Source: Candidatus Dormiibacterota bacterium
Lineage (GTDB): Bacteria; Chloroflexota; Dormibacteria; Aeolococcales; Aeolococcaceae
Length of the DNA: 39,066 nt
Assembly (NCBI GenBank): GCA_003131685.1
Contig: PKWB01000124.1
Coordinates: forward strand, 1-39,066
Direction of reading: 5' to 3'
Numbering within the stretch: the first letter of the stretch is position 1; the number at the start of each line of letters is the position of its first letter. Under the pieces are notes generated by a model that saw nothing but the letters and a program-made list of their open reading frames with translations, was not told the DNA's origin and did no database searches. Below, piece by piece: positions 1-7,211 of this stretch. The position numbers were made by a program, and so were the translations under genes.

Positions 1-103
1 GAAGGTGGCTGTAGCCGAGTTCCTCGACTGCCCTGCCAATCCGCCGAACGGCGGTCGGGTCACCACCGAGCTCCGTCTGGGGGTAGACAACGCCGATTTG
101 CAC
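1..103 (-). CDS. LLM-class (luciferase-like) flavin/F420-dependent oxidoreductase, N-terminal fragment; gene runs off the left edge
   Basis: Not in the ORF track because it is too short in-window. Minus-strand reading from GTG at 101-103 gives VQIGVVYPQTELGGDPTAVRRIGRAVEELGYSHL, the N-terminal pattern typical of luciferase-like monooxygenase family proteins. Third codon positions are almost all G/C. Confidence 0.5.
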   Translation of the reverse strand, partial: MQIGVVYPQTELGGDPTAVRRIGRAVEELGYSHL

Positions 104-257
104 AGAGCGGAGTCTGCACGCGACGCGGGAGCGTGCGGTGTTGCCGGACACGCGTACGACCGCGACCACGATGCGGCCGGCGTCGCACGCTAGGCTTGAA
201 CGGGAATCACGACAGCGAAGATCGACGGATCACCGTTCGCGATCACCGTCTTGTCGG

Positions 258-920
258 CTACGCCGACGATGCCTCCGCCCAGAGGAGCTCCGACAGTTCG
301 CCGGCCCCGTGACGCACGCCGAACACCGGCCCGTCGGGCTGAAGTGCCAGCCCTGCTTCCAGTCGGCCGGCATCCACAGCGTCGAACCCGAGCCGGTCGA
401 TGAGTTGCAGAACGGCCGCAACCGCGGCACGGTCATCGCCGGCCGCGGCAATGGCGATGCGGCCGACCACACCGGTCGGGCGCCTGATCTCCTCGAAGTC
501 GTAGTACCCGAGGTGATTGAGACTCTTCACCACCCGCGCTGACGAAAACCGCTGCTGCACGACGACACTTGTGCCCAGCGGCGCGGTGGCGAGCTCCTCG
601 TCCACGCCGTCGATATCCTCCCAGTAGTTCATTGCATCCACGAGGATCTTGCCGGCGAAGAGATCCTGTGGAAGTTCCCGGAAGCGGTGAATCGGTAGAG
701 CCAGAATGATGATGCCCGCCGACCCGACGACCTCGTCGGCGGTGACCGCGCGAGCGCCGGGAGCGAGCACGTCGACGATCAGGGCGATGCGCTCCGGCGG
801 CCCCGAACCCGAGAGCGCGACGTCGTACCCGGCGCTCATGGCCGCGCGGGCGACTGTGGTGCCCATCTTTCCAGCGCCGACAATGCCCAGACGGCGATCA
901 GTGGCACTACTGCTGGACAC
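258..920 (-). CDS. NADP-dependent oxidoreductase of the F420-reductase (Npd)/ProC-like Rossmann family
   Basis: ORF 258..1073(-). Dinucleotide-binding loop LGIVGAGKMGTT lies near the N-terminus. The first ~50 tracked codons are Arg/Ser-rich and overlap the upstream gene, so the start is placed at in-frame GTG 918-920, a 14-nt overlap with the stop of the LLM gene at 907-909. Confidence 0.7.
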   Translation of the reverse strand: MSSSSATDRRLGIVGAGKMGTTVARAAMSAGYDVALSGSGPPERIALIVDVLAPGARAVTADEVVGSAGIIILALPIHRFRELPQDLFAGKILVDAMNYWEDIDGVDEELATAPLGTSVVVQQRFSSARVVKSLNHLGYYDFEEIRRPTGVVGRIAIAAAGDDRAAVAAVLQLIDRLGFDAVDAGRLEAGLALQPDGPVFGVRHGAGELSELLWAEASSA

Positions 921-2040
921 TCGCGGCTCCCACGTCCGTCGTCGCTGGCGCACTCGAGGACGCAGGCTCGGCGGGTGGCTCCGCGAGCAGCTCTCTGACG
1001 CGTGGAACCACCTCGCGCCCGTAGAGCTCGATGGTCGCCATTCTCTGCTCGTGAGGCACTCGCCCAGTCGCATACGCCCAGTCGAATCTGCTGAGCCCGA
1101 GCTGCCGGATCACCGCAGCGATCTTGGTCGCCACGGTTTCGGGCGATCCGAGGTACAGCGATCCGTCTGCGATCTCGGCTTGGAATCTCTCCATCGTTGG
1201 GCGCGCCCATCCACGCTCGGCGGCTGCGCCCTCGAAGATGTCAGCCCAATAGGGCCACTGAATCGCAACAGCTTCGTCGTCCGTCCTGGCCACGAATCCA
1301 TGCGAATGCATGCCGATCGGAAGCGGCGCGTGCCCGTACGCATCCAGCGCCCGCTTGTACAGGTCGACCAGCGGCGCGAATCGCCGTGCAGGTCCGCCGA
1401 TCACGGCCAGCATCAGTGGCAAACCATAGCGAGCGGCACGGATCACTGATTGCGGACTGCCACCGACACCAACCCATGTGGGCAGATGTCCCTCGGGGAG
1501 CGGTGGACTGAGGTACTGGTTGGTGAGCGGCGGGCGAAACGTGCCGGACCAGGTCACAGGCTGATCTCGCAACAGGCGGGTCAGCAGGTCGAGTTTTTCC
1601 TCGAAGAGCTCCTCGTAATCAGCGAGGTCGAATCCGAACAGCGGGAAGGACTCGGTCAGCGACCCTCGACCGACGATGAGCTGCGCGCGACCATTCGAGA
1701 CCGCGTCGAGGGTCGCGAAATTGGTGTACACCCTGACCGGGTCCTGCGTGCTCAGCACGGTCACCGCGGTACCGAGCCGGATACGCTCGGTGCGGCCGGC
1801 GATCGCTGCCAGCATCACATGCCCGGCGGAGTCCATCATCTCCGGGCGGTAGTGCTCGGCGATGTTGAAGGAGTCGATGCCGACGCTGTCGGCCAGAACT
1901 GCCTCCTCGACCGTGTTCCGGATGACGATGTCACCGTCGACCGCTCGACCGGACTCGTCGACGCTCGCGTAGACGAACGTGTCCAACCCGAACTCGATGT
2001 CCTCTGGGTTCACGTCCCGTCCCTTGCTTTCCGGCGTCAT
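907..2040 (-). CDS. LLM-class flavin-dependent oxidoreductase (luciferase-like monooxygenase family)
   Basis: ORF 907..2067(-). Sequence FGLDTFVY...FNIAEHY...RIRLGTAVTVL...GRAQLIVGRGS is typical of the family. ATG at 2038-2040 (MTPESKG) overlaps the marR-like stop as ATGA. Confidence 0.8.
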   Translation of the reverse strand: MTPESKGRDVNPEDIEFGLDTFVYASVDESGRAVDGDIVIRNTVEEAVLADSVGIDSFNIAEHYRPEMMDSAGHVMLAAIAGRTERIRLGTAVTVLSTQDPVRVYTNFATLDAVSNGRAQLIVGRGSLTESFPLFGFDLADYEELFEEKLDLLTRLLRDQPVTWSGTFRPPLTNQYLSPPLPEGHLPTWVGVGGSPQSVIRAARYGLPLMLAVIGGPARRFAPLVDLYKRALDAYGHAPLPIGMHSHGFVARTDDEAVAIQWPYWADIFEGAAAERGWARPTMERFQAEIADGSLYLGSPETVATKIAAVIRQLGLSRFDWAYATGRVPHEQRMATIELYGREVVPRVRELLAEPPAEPASSSAPATTDVGAASVQQ

Positions 2041-2540
2041 GCGGGTGATTCCTCGGCGGCGACACACGGCGGCGACGCGACCCCTGCCGCGCGCACCAGG
2101 AGGTCGTACAGCACCGCCCGCTCGTCCACGCTCAGGGCGCTGAACAAATCGTCCTCGACGAGGCGCAACCGTGCGTAGGCGAGACAGAGCTCGTCCTCGC
2201 CACGGCGAGACAACGCGACGATGTGCCGGCGGCGATCAGCCGAATCGCGGCGACGCGTGACCAGCTCGCGCTCCTCGAGGTCGTTGAGGAGCCCCACGAC
2301 ATTGCTGGGGTCCAGGCTCAGCGAATCGGCGAGCCCGTGCTGACCGGCGGGTCCGAATTCGCTCAGCAGCCTCAGAGCGATGAGATGACGCGGCCGAAGC
2401 CCCCCGGGCGCCAGGGTCGCGTCAACGGCTCGACGTCCGACGCGAGCCAGATACTCGAGGAGGGGAAGCGTTTGCTTGTCCGCCACGGGCCCGATCCCCT
2501 CATCGGTTCTGGACAAAGTCTCATTCGCAGTGTTCACCAT
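2037..2540 (-). CDS. MarR family transcriptional regulator
   Basis: ORF 2037..2540(-), 167 aa. Winged-helix core LRPRHLIALRLL...QHGLADSLSLDPSNVVGLLNDLEERELVTRRRDSADRRRHIVALSRRGE. The 4-nt ATGA overlap with the downstream LLM gene implies an operon. Confidence 0.85.
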   Translation of the reverse strand: MVNTANETLSRTDEGIGPVADKQTLPLLEYLARVGRRAVDATLAPGGLRPRHLIALRLLSEFGPAGQHGLADSLSLDPSNVVGLLNDLEERELVTRRRDSADRRRHIVALSRRGEDELCLAYARLRLVEDDLFSALSVDERAVLYDLLVRAAGVASPPCVAAEESPA

Positions 2541-2666
2541 GGACCGATGATATACCCATCACAACCTATTAGCTAACCATGGATCATTAGTCATGCACAA
2601 TTGGACGGACAATGATCAGGATGAGGCGGCAACGCCGCACCGGCCGGCGATAGCATCGGAGGTGCG
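2541..2666. promoter_or_regulatory. AT-rich divergent promoter/operator region between marR-like gene and 2667 gene
   Basis: I counted 35 G/C in the 80 nt 2541-2620 (44%), in an otherwise very GC-rich window. Weak inverted repeat GATG-N7-CATC at 2546-2560. GGAGG at 2658-2662 lies 4 nt before ATG 2667. Confidence 0.3.
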
Positions 2667-3827
2667 ATGGAGCTCTGGGCGAGATTGAACTCAAGATCCC
2701 GGTCCGTCGCCCTCCTGGCCGGCGGTGCCTCAACCATCGTCGTCGTCGGCCTGATCCTTGCGGTGGTTCGACCGGCAGCGCTGACCCCGCCCACCGCATC
2801 GCCGAGCCCCAGGGTCAACGCGGAGCCGACCCCAACCCTGCAAACCACCGTGCCCCTCGACGTCACAGCACGGCTGAATCTCGCGCCGCGCGAGGCGACC
2901 GCGATGTCGGTCGGCCCCGGTGTCGTCTGGATCGCGACCCGCGCGGTCGCACATGGAGGCGCGGGCACCCTCATGCGTGTTGATGCGTCGACCGCACGCG
3001 CCACCGAAAGCTGGGCCGTCGGCGGAGATCCGGTAGCCGTTGCGGCAGGTGGCGATTTCGTGTGGGTGGCAAATGGCGTCGCCGGCGTCGGTGGAACCGC
3101 CGGCGAGCAGAACACGGTCGAGCAGTTCGACAGCGCAACCGGCGCCCTTATGCACGTCTACCCGGTGCTCGACCCGCGAGGTCTGGTCGCCAATCCAACG
3201 TCCGCGTTGGTGATCGCTGCAAACCCAGGACAGCAATCGGCCATCAGCCTCCTGGCGTCAGGTCGCGCCGAGGCGGTTGCCACGCTTCCGGGAACGTTGA
3301 ACGTCCCGCTCTCATCCCTCTCGCCGGAGGTTGCCGTCGCCGTGTGCTCCAACCAGGCGTTCGTGGCGTTGACCACCGTGCTCACAGCAAGTTCGAACGT
3401 GGCGATTTACGCGCTTCCGCCGAACGGCGGGTCCGTCCACAGGATTGCGACGATCCCCAACGACTACGAGGCGTCAATGGCGTGCGACGCGACCTCCCTC
3501 TTTCTGATCGGCGCAGCGGGCGACGGCAATGTCTCGGTAGCACGCGTAGCCACTGCCGACGGCGCTGTCACCGACTTGTGGGAAGGACCATATCCAGTTG
3601 CTGTGGCATCGCTGACTGGGCGCGTCTGGATCGCCTACTCAGATGACTCGCTGAATCAGACGTTCCTGACGTCGCTCGATCCGGTCACGGGACGTGCGGC
3701 ACCGTCCCGCTCGATGCTCCCTGCCCCGCCCGCCAGCGGCGACCCGAATCTGCTCATCCCCGGTGACTCGGGGTTGTGGCTGGTGGCCAGCCTGGGGGAT
3801 CAGCTCCTCCATATCGCGACGGGCTGA
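2667..3827 (+). CDS. Hypothetical membrane-anchored extracytoplasmic protein (possible beta-propeller-like repeats)
   Basis: ORF 2667..3827(+), 386 aa, with a good SD. N-terminal hydrophobic helix VALLAGGASTIVVVGLILAVV is followed by a Pro/Thr linker and recurring VW(I/V)A-type strand motifs (GVVWIATRA, DFVWVANG, GRVWIAYSD, GLWLVASLG). No family recognised. Confidence 0.6.
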   Translation: MELWARLNSRSRSVALLAGGASTIVVVGLILAVVRPAALTPPTASPSPRVNAEPTPTLQTTVPLDVTARLNLAPREATAMSVGPGVVWIATRAVAHGGAGTLMRVDASTARATESWAVGGDPVAVAAGGDFVWVANGVAGVGGTAGEQNTVEQFDSATGALMHVYPVLDPRGLVANPTSALVIAANPGQQSAISLLASGRAEAVATLPGTLNVPLSSLSPEVAVAVCSNQAFVALTTVLTASSNVAIYALPPNGGSVHRIATIPNDYEASMACDATSLFLIGAAGDGNVSVARVATADGAVTDLWEGPYPVAVASLTGRVWIAYSDDSLNQTFLTSLDPVTGRAAPSRSMLPAPPASGDPNLLIPGDSGLWLVASLGDQLLHIATG

Positions 3828-3931
3828 TTGCACCTTCACGCGATGCCCCTGAACGCGAAACAAGCCTCCCCGGAACGCACCACCTCGGGTGCGATCCGGA
3901 AAGGCCTGCCTTCCCGATGACGCGATCAGCG

Positions 3932-4123
3932 TCAGCTGGCCTTGATGTGGCCCTCGGTGTCGTCCTCGTCCGGTGCTGCGGAAGCCTTGCTCGAAGGCGC
4001 CCGCGAATCGAAGTCCGGGTCGCTTGTCTGGCTGGTGAAACGATGTCCCTCGGTGTCCTCGTCATCTGTCTCACTGGCATGCCGGCCGGGGGCTTCCTGC
4101 TCGTTGGTCTCGTCCGTGCTCAT
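3932..4123 (-). CDS. Small (63 aa) highly acidic protein with internal D-(D/E)-D-T-E-G-H repeat
   Basis: Inner ATG (4121-4123) of ORF 3932..4288(-), preceded by AGGAGA 7 nt upstream. Product is MSTDETNEQEAPGRHASETDDEDTEGHRFTSQTSDPDFDSRAPSSKASAAPDEDDTEGHIKAS, with strong GC3 bias. Confidence 0.65.
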   Translation of the reverse strand: MSTDETNEQEAPGRHASETDDEDTEGHRFTSQTSDPDFDSRAPSSKASAAPDEDDTEGHIKAS

Positions 4124-4239
4124 GGCTCTGTCTCCTGTGGCGGCTGGGCCGCTGCTGTTGTGATAACCCGATTCTGCGACTTCCGCATGGCGGAGTCTGT
4201 CGCCCACCCGACCGCTTCGGTGTCGGCGAGCGGACACGC

Positions 4240-4265
4240 GGGCCGAGGGCCGAGGGCCGAGGGCC
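4240..4265. repeat. Tandem heptanucleotide repeat (GGGCCGA) x3 plus a partial unit
   Basis: Read directly: gggccga at 4240-4246, 4247-4253 and 4254-4260, then gggcc at 4261-4265. It lies in the 160-nt spacer between the crp-like stop (4285) and the small acidic protein gene. Confidence 0.9.
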
Positions 4266-4284
4266 TCGACGCCATCCCTCGCCG

Positions 4285-4980
4285 TCACTCGTACTGCCCG
4301 GCGCGCCGCTTCAGCTGATCCGGCTTCCTGATGACGATGCGCCGCCCGTCGAGCTCGACATATCCAAGGCGCTCGAAGGAGTTGAGCACCTGGTTGACGC
4401 TCTGCCGCGAACCACCGACCATGTTGGCGAGGTCTGTTTGCGTGAGCTGCAGATCCATCGCCTGGTCGGCCTCATCACCGGTGCCCCGCTCCTCTGCCAT
4501 CCGCAGCAGGAGCTTCGCCACGCGTCCGGGCAGATCCAGGAACACGAGGTCGGCGGCCTGATCGGTGAGCCGCCGCACCATCGATCCCAACGACCGCAGG
4601 AGGCGGTCGATGAGCTCGGGCGAGTTCCGAAGCGCATCGAGCAACGCGGTCCTGGTGATCATCAACAAGGTGGTTGCCTCGACGGCTGCAGCCGATGCCG
4701 ACCGCAGCCCCCCGTCCACCATCGGAAGCTCTCCGAAGACGGCCGAGGGACCGAGTGTGACGAGGAGCATCTCATCGCCGTCGAGGGATGTCCGGTAGAC
4801 CTTCACCAGGCCCTCAACCACGACGCACAGGGCATCCCCAGGGTCATCCTCGCGGAAGACGATCTCGCCGCGGCCGTACGATCGCCGGACCGCCTTCTCC
4901 GCCAGCCGCTCCATCGCCTCCTCTGGCAGCACTCCGAAGAGGGAGGTCCGGTGCAAGAGCGCCGCGTCGTCCCTGTTCAT
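4285..4980 (-). CDS. Crp/Fnr family transcriptional regulator (cNMP-binding domain plus C-terminal HTH)
   Basis: ORF 4285..5025(-). cNMP-binding fold FGELPMVDGGLRSASAAAVEATTLL; HTH TQTDLANMVGGSRQSVNQVLNSFERLGYV. ATG at 4978-4980 has a GGGGGAG SD 9 nt upstream; the tracked start at 5025 is a GTG without SD. Confidence 0.85.
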   Translation of the reverse strand: MNRDDAALLHRTSLFGVLPEEAMERLAEKAVRRSYGRGEIVFREDDPGDALCVVVEGLVKVYRTSLDGDEMLLVTLGPSAVFGELPMVDGGLRSASAAAVEATTLLMITRTALLDALRNSPELIDRLLRSLGSMVRRLTDQAADLVFLDLPGRVAKLLLRMAEERGTGDEADQAMDLQLTQTDLANMVGGSRQSVNQVLNSFERLGYVELDGRRIVIRKPDQLKRRAGQYE

Positions 4981-5008
4981 CTGACCTGACTCCCCCTCGC
5001 GTCCCGCT

Positions 5009-5026
5009 TGTGACTGAGCGCTCACC
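5009..5026. promoter_or_regulatory. Candidate operator in crp-like/GAF divergent intergenic region
   Basis: TGTGA (5009-5013)-N8-TCAC (5022-5025), enclosing a perfect 10-bp palindrome TGAGCGCTCA (5015-5024). It is Crp-like in half-site sequence but not in the canonical N6 spacing. Confidence 0.3.
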
Positions 5027-5058
5027 GGATGCCGTCAAATGTAGAGTGCCAGAACACC

Positions 5059-5808
5059 ATGGACGATCGGGGGCCGACGAACGATGTGCTGGCGCAGGTG
5101 GTGCAGCTCGCGGCCGACCTCGGCCCGGTGCTGCGCCCCCGGGGCGACGAGGAGTTTCTGCAGGCAATCGTCGAAACCGCGTGCCTGGTATTCGATGCGG
5201 AGGCCTGCTCGATCGCGCTCTTCGATGAGCGCGACGAGCACCTCGAGTTTCGCGTCGCCGCCGGGCGTGGCGCCGAGGCCACGGTCGGGATTCGCATCCC
5301 GGCAGATCGCGGCATCGCGGGCTGGGCGCTGATGTCGGGGCAGTCGATCGCCGTCGACGACGTCCGGAAGGATCCCCGTTTCGCGGCGGATGTCGCGGAA
5401 AGCACCGGCTACGTGCCCAACGCGATCATGGCGATGCCTCTGGAGAGCGAGCGCCAGACCTTCGGCGTCATCGAGGTGCTCGACCGCCGGCGCGGAGGTG
5501 GCGAAGGCGTTGATGACATGGAGGTGCTCGCCCTCTTCGCGCGCCAGGCCACCCTCGCGGTCGAGACCTCGCGCATCTTCTCGAACCTCGGCCGAGCACT
5601 CCTCGAATCGGCGGCACTCGCAGCGCAGCGGGACAGTCTTCGCACCGCGTTGCACGAGCGGGCTGCCCAGGCGCCGCGATCGCAGGCCGAGCTTGCGGAG
5701 CTCGCATTGCTCTTTCACGATCTTGGCGCGCTCGGAGCCGATGAGCGGCTGACCGTCGCTCGCATCGCCGAAGACTTCCTCGCGTACGCACGCAAGCGAC
5801 GCCGTTGA
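5059..5808 (+). CDS. GAF domain-containing protein with C-terminal helical tail
   Basis: ORF 5029..5808(+). GAF-like core ACSIALFDERDEHLEFRVAAGRG...GIAGWALMSGQSIAVDDVRKDPRF...AIMAMPLESERQTFGVIEVLDRR. The first 10 tracked codons (tca aat gta ...) have poor GC3, so ATG 5059 is preferred. Confidence 0.8.
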   Translation: MDDRGPTNDVLAQVVQLAADLGPVLRPRGDEEFLQAIVETACLVFDAEACSIALFDERDEHLEFRVAAGRGAEATVGIRIPADRGIAGWALMSGQSIAVDDVRKDPRFAADVAESTGYVPNAIMAMPLESERQTFGVIEVLDRRRGGGEGVDDMEVLALFARQATLAVETSRIFSNLGRALLESAALAAQRDSLRTALHERAAQAPRSQAELAELALLFHDLGALGADERLTVARIAEDFLAYARKRRR

Positions 5809-6611
5809 AACCGGCCTGGTCGTGGCAGTTCGACCCCGCGACGCTGCAGCGAGTTCAGGCGTCCCTGCCGGGAACGATCACGCGTGAGTGGGCATGGGAG
5901 GGCACGACCGGCGCGGGCGTGAAGGTGGCGGTCATCGATAGTGGCATCGACGTTTCGTATCCTGGCGTTGGACCGCTCGCCGGCGGAGCGGTCGTCGTTG
6001 CCGACGACGATGCACCCCGCGGTGCTCGGGTGATCGAGGGACCGCACGAAGATCTGTTCGGCCACGGCACCGCGTGTGCCGCAATCATTCGTCAGGTCGC
6101 GCCCGATGCCGAGCTATACAGCATCCGCGTCCTCGGCGAGCGGCTCACCGGTCGAGGCATCGTGTTCGCCGAAGGCATGCGATGGGCGCTCGCCCATGGC
6201 ATGCAGGTGCTCAACATGAGCCTGAGCACGTCGCGCATCGACTATTTCGGCTTGTTCCACGAGATCGTCGATGCGGCGTACTTCCAGCGGGCGATGGTCG
6301 TGTGCGCTGTCAACAACATTCGCGCCGCAAGCTATCCCTCGCAGTATGCCTCGGTGTTCTCCGTCGCCGCCCACGAGGGGCGCGACCCATTCCGGCTTGA
6401 GTACAACACGTCACCACCGGTGGAGTTCGGGGCGCCCGGGATCGACCTGGAGGTCGGATGGCTCGGTGGACGGAGCATCCGCGCAACCGGCAATAGCTTC
6501 GCGGCCCCGCACATCTCCGGGCTCATCGCGCGCATCCTCGGCAAGCATCCCGCGCTGACGCCATTTCAGATGAAGACGGTGCTCATGGCTCTGGCGGACA
6601 ACGCGCAGTAG
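5805..6611 (+). CDS. S8 family (subtilisin-like) serine peptidase, minimal catalytic domain, no signal peptide
   Basis: ORF 5805..6611(+), 268 aa. Asp/His/Ser triad motifs appear in S8 order: VAVIDSGID, HGTACAAII, GNSFAAPHISG. The TTG start overlaps the GAF stop (TTGA, 5805-5808). No hydrophobic N-terminus or propeptide-length extension. Confidence 0.85.
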   Translation: MKPAWSWQFDPATLQRVQASLPGTITREWAWEGTTGAGVKVAVIDSGIDVSYPGVGPLAGGAVVVADDDAPRGARVIEGPHEDLFGHGTACAAIIRQVAPDAELYSIRVLGERLTGRGIVFAEGMRWALAHGMQVLNMSLSTSRIDYFGLFHEIVDAAYFQRAMVVCAVNNIRAASYPSQYASVFSVAAHEGRDPFRLEYNTSPPVEFGAPGIDLEVGWLGGRSIRATGNSFAAPHISGLIARILGKHPALTPFQMKTVLMALADNAQ

Positions 6612-6660
6612 GCGCCTGCCTCCCACTTGTCCGGAACCCGACAGACAATGGCGCTCTCTT

Positions 6661-6682
6661 TCATTGAGGATGCTCCTCATGA
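6661..6682. other. Stem-loop in the S8/cNMP intergenic spacer
   Basis: tcaTTGAGGA-tgc-TCCTCAtga forms a 9-bp stem with one bulge and a 3-nt loop. There is no U-tract, so terminator function is unproven. Confidence 0.3.
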
Positions 6683-6770
6683 GAAAGGTTCGCAGCGCAA
6701 AGAGTTCCATGACTCTGTGCAGGCATACGACGCCATCGGTCTCGTCGGTGGACACGGTCGGGAGTAGGAA

Positions 6771-7196
6771 ATGACAGATAGGAAGACGCTGGTCGACATG
6801 CTGAGTCGCACCCGACTCTTCGATGGGCTCACCAAGAAGGACGTCCTCGCGCTGATCGACTCGTCGACAGAGGTGGAGCACGCGCCGGGCCGGGTCATCA
6901 TCGTCGAGGGCAGCTCGGGAGTGGGGTTTCACCTGGTCCTCGAAGGCACGGCGGTCGTCGCCAGGAAGGGCCGCAGGCTGCGCATGATCGGGGCCGGGGA
7001 GTCGTTCGGTGACATCGCGGTCATCGATGGTGGGCCGCGCAGCGCGTCGGTGATGGCTGAGACGCGGCTCCGGGTCTTGTCGCTGCCGCCGTGGCAGTTC
7101 AAGGCCCTGCTGATTGAGCATCCGCGCATCGCCTTCAAGCTGCTCGTCAAATTGTGCGCGCTGCTTCGGGAAGCAGAGAAGCGGCCGCCCCTCTAG
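6771..7196 (+). CDS. Stand-alone cyclic nucleotide-binding domain protein
   Basis: ORF 6771..7196(+), 141 aa. SD GGGAGTAGGAA precedes the start. Motifs LFDGLTKKDVLALI...GESFGDIAVIDGGPRSASVMAETRLRVL are the cNMP-binding beta-roll and phosphate-binding cassette pattern. No output domain. Confidence 0.8.
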   Translation: MTDRKTLVDMLSRTRLFDGLTKKDVLALIDSSTEVEHAPGRVIIVEGSSGVGFHLVLEGTAVVARKGRRLRMIGAGESFGDIAVIDGGPRSASVMAETRLRVLSLPPWQFKALLIEHPRIAFKLLVKLCALLREAEKRPPL

Positions 7197-7211
7197 TGCG
7201 CTGCGGGCTGC

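Noticed and set aside
2546-2560. GATG-N7-CATC inverted repeat as a MarR operator
   Set aside because: The arms are only 4 bp, so the repeat could easily occur by chance. It is kept only as part of the AT-rich promoter-region annotation.
5805-6611. ietAS-like ATPase plus S8 protease defence pair (with the ATPase at 16773-17939)
   Set aside because: The two genes are 10 kb apart with about ten unrelated genes between them. The S8 gene is instead coupled to a GAF gene.
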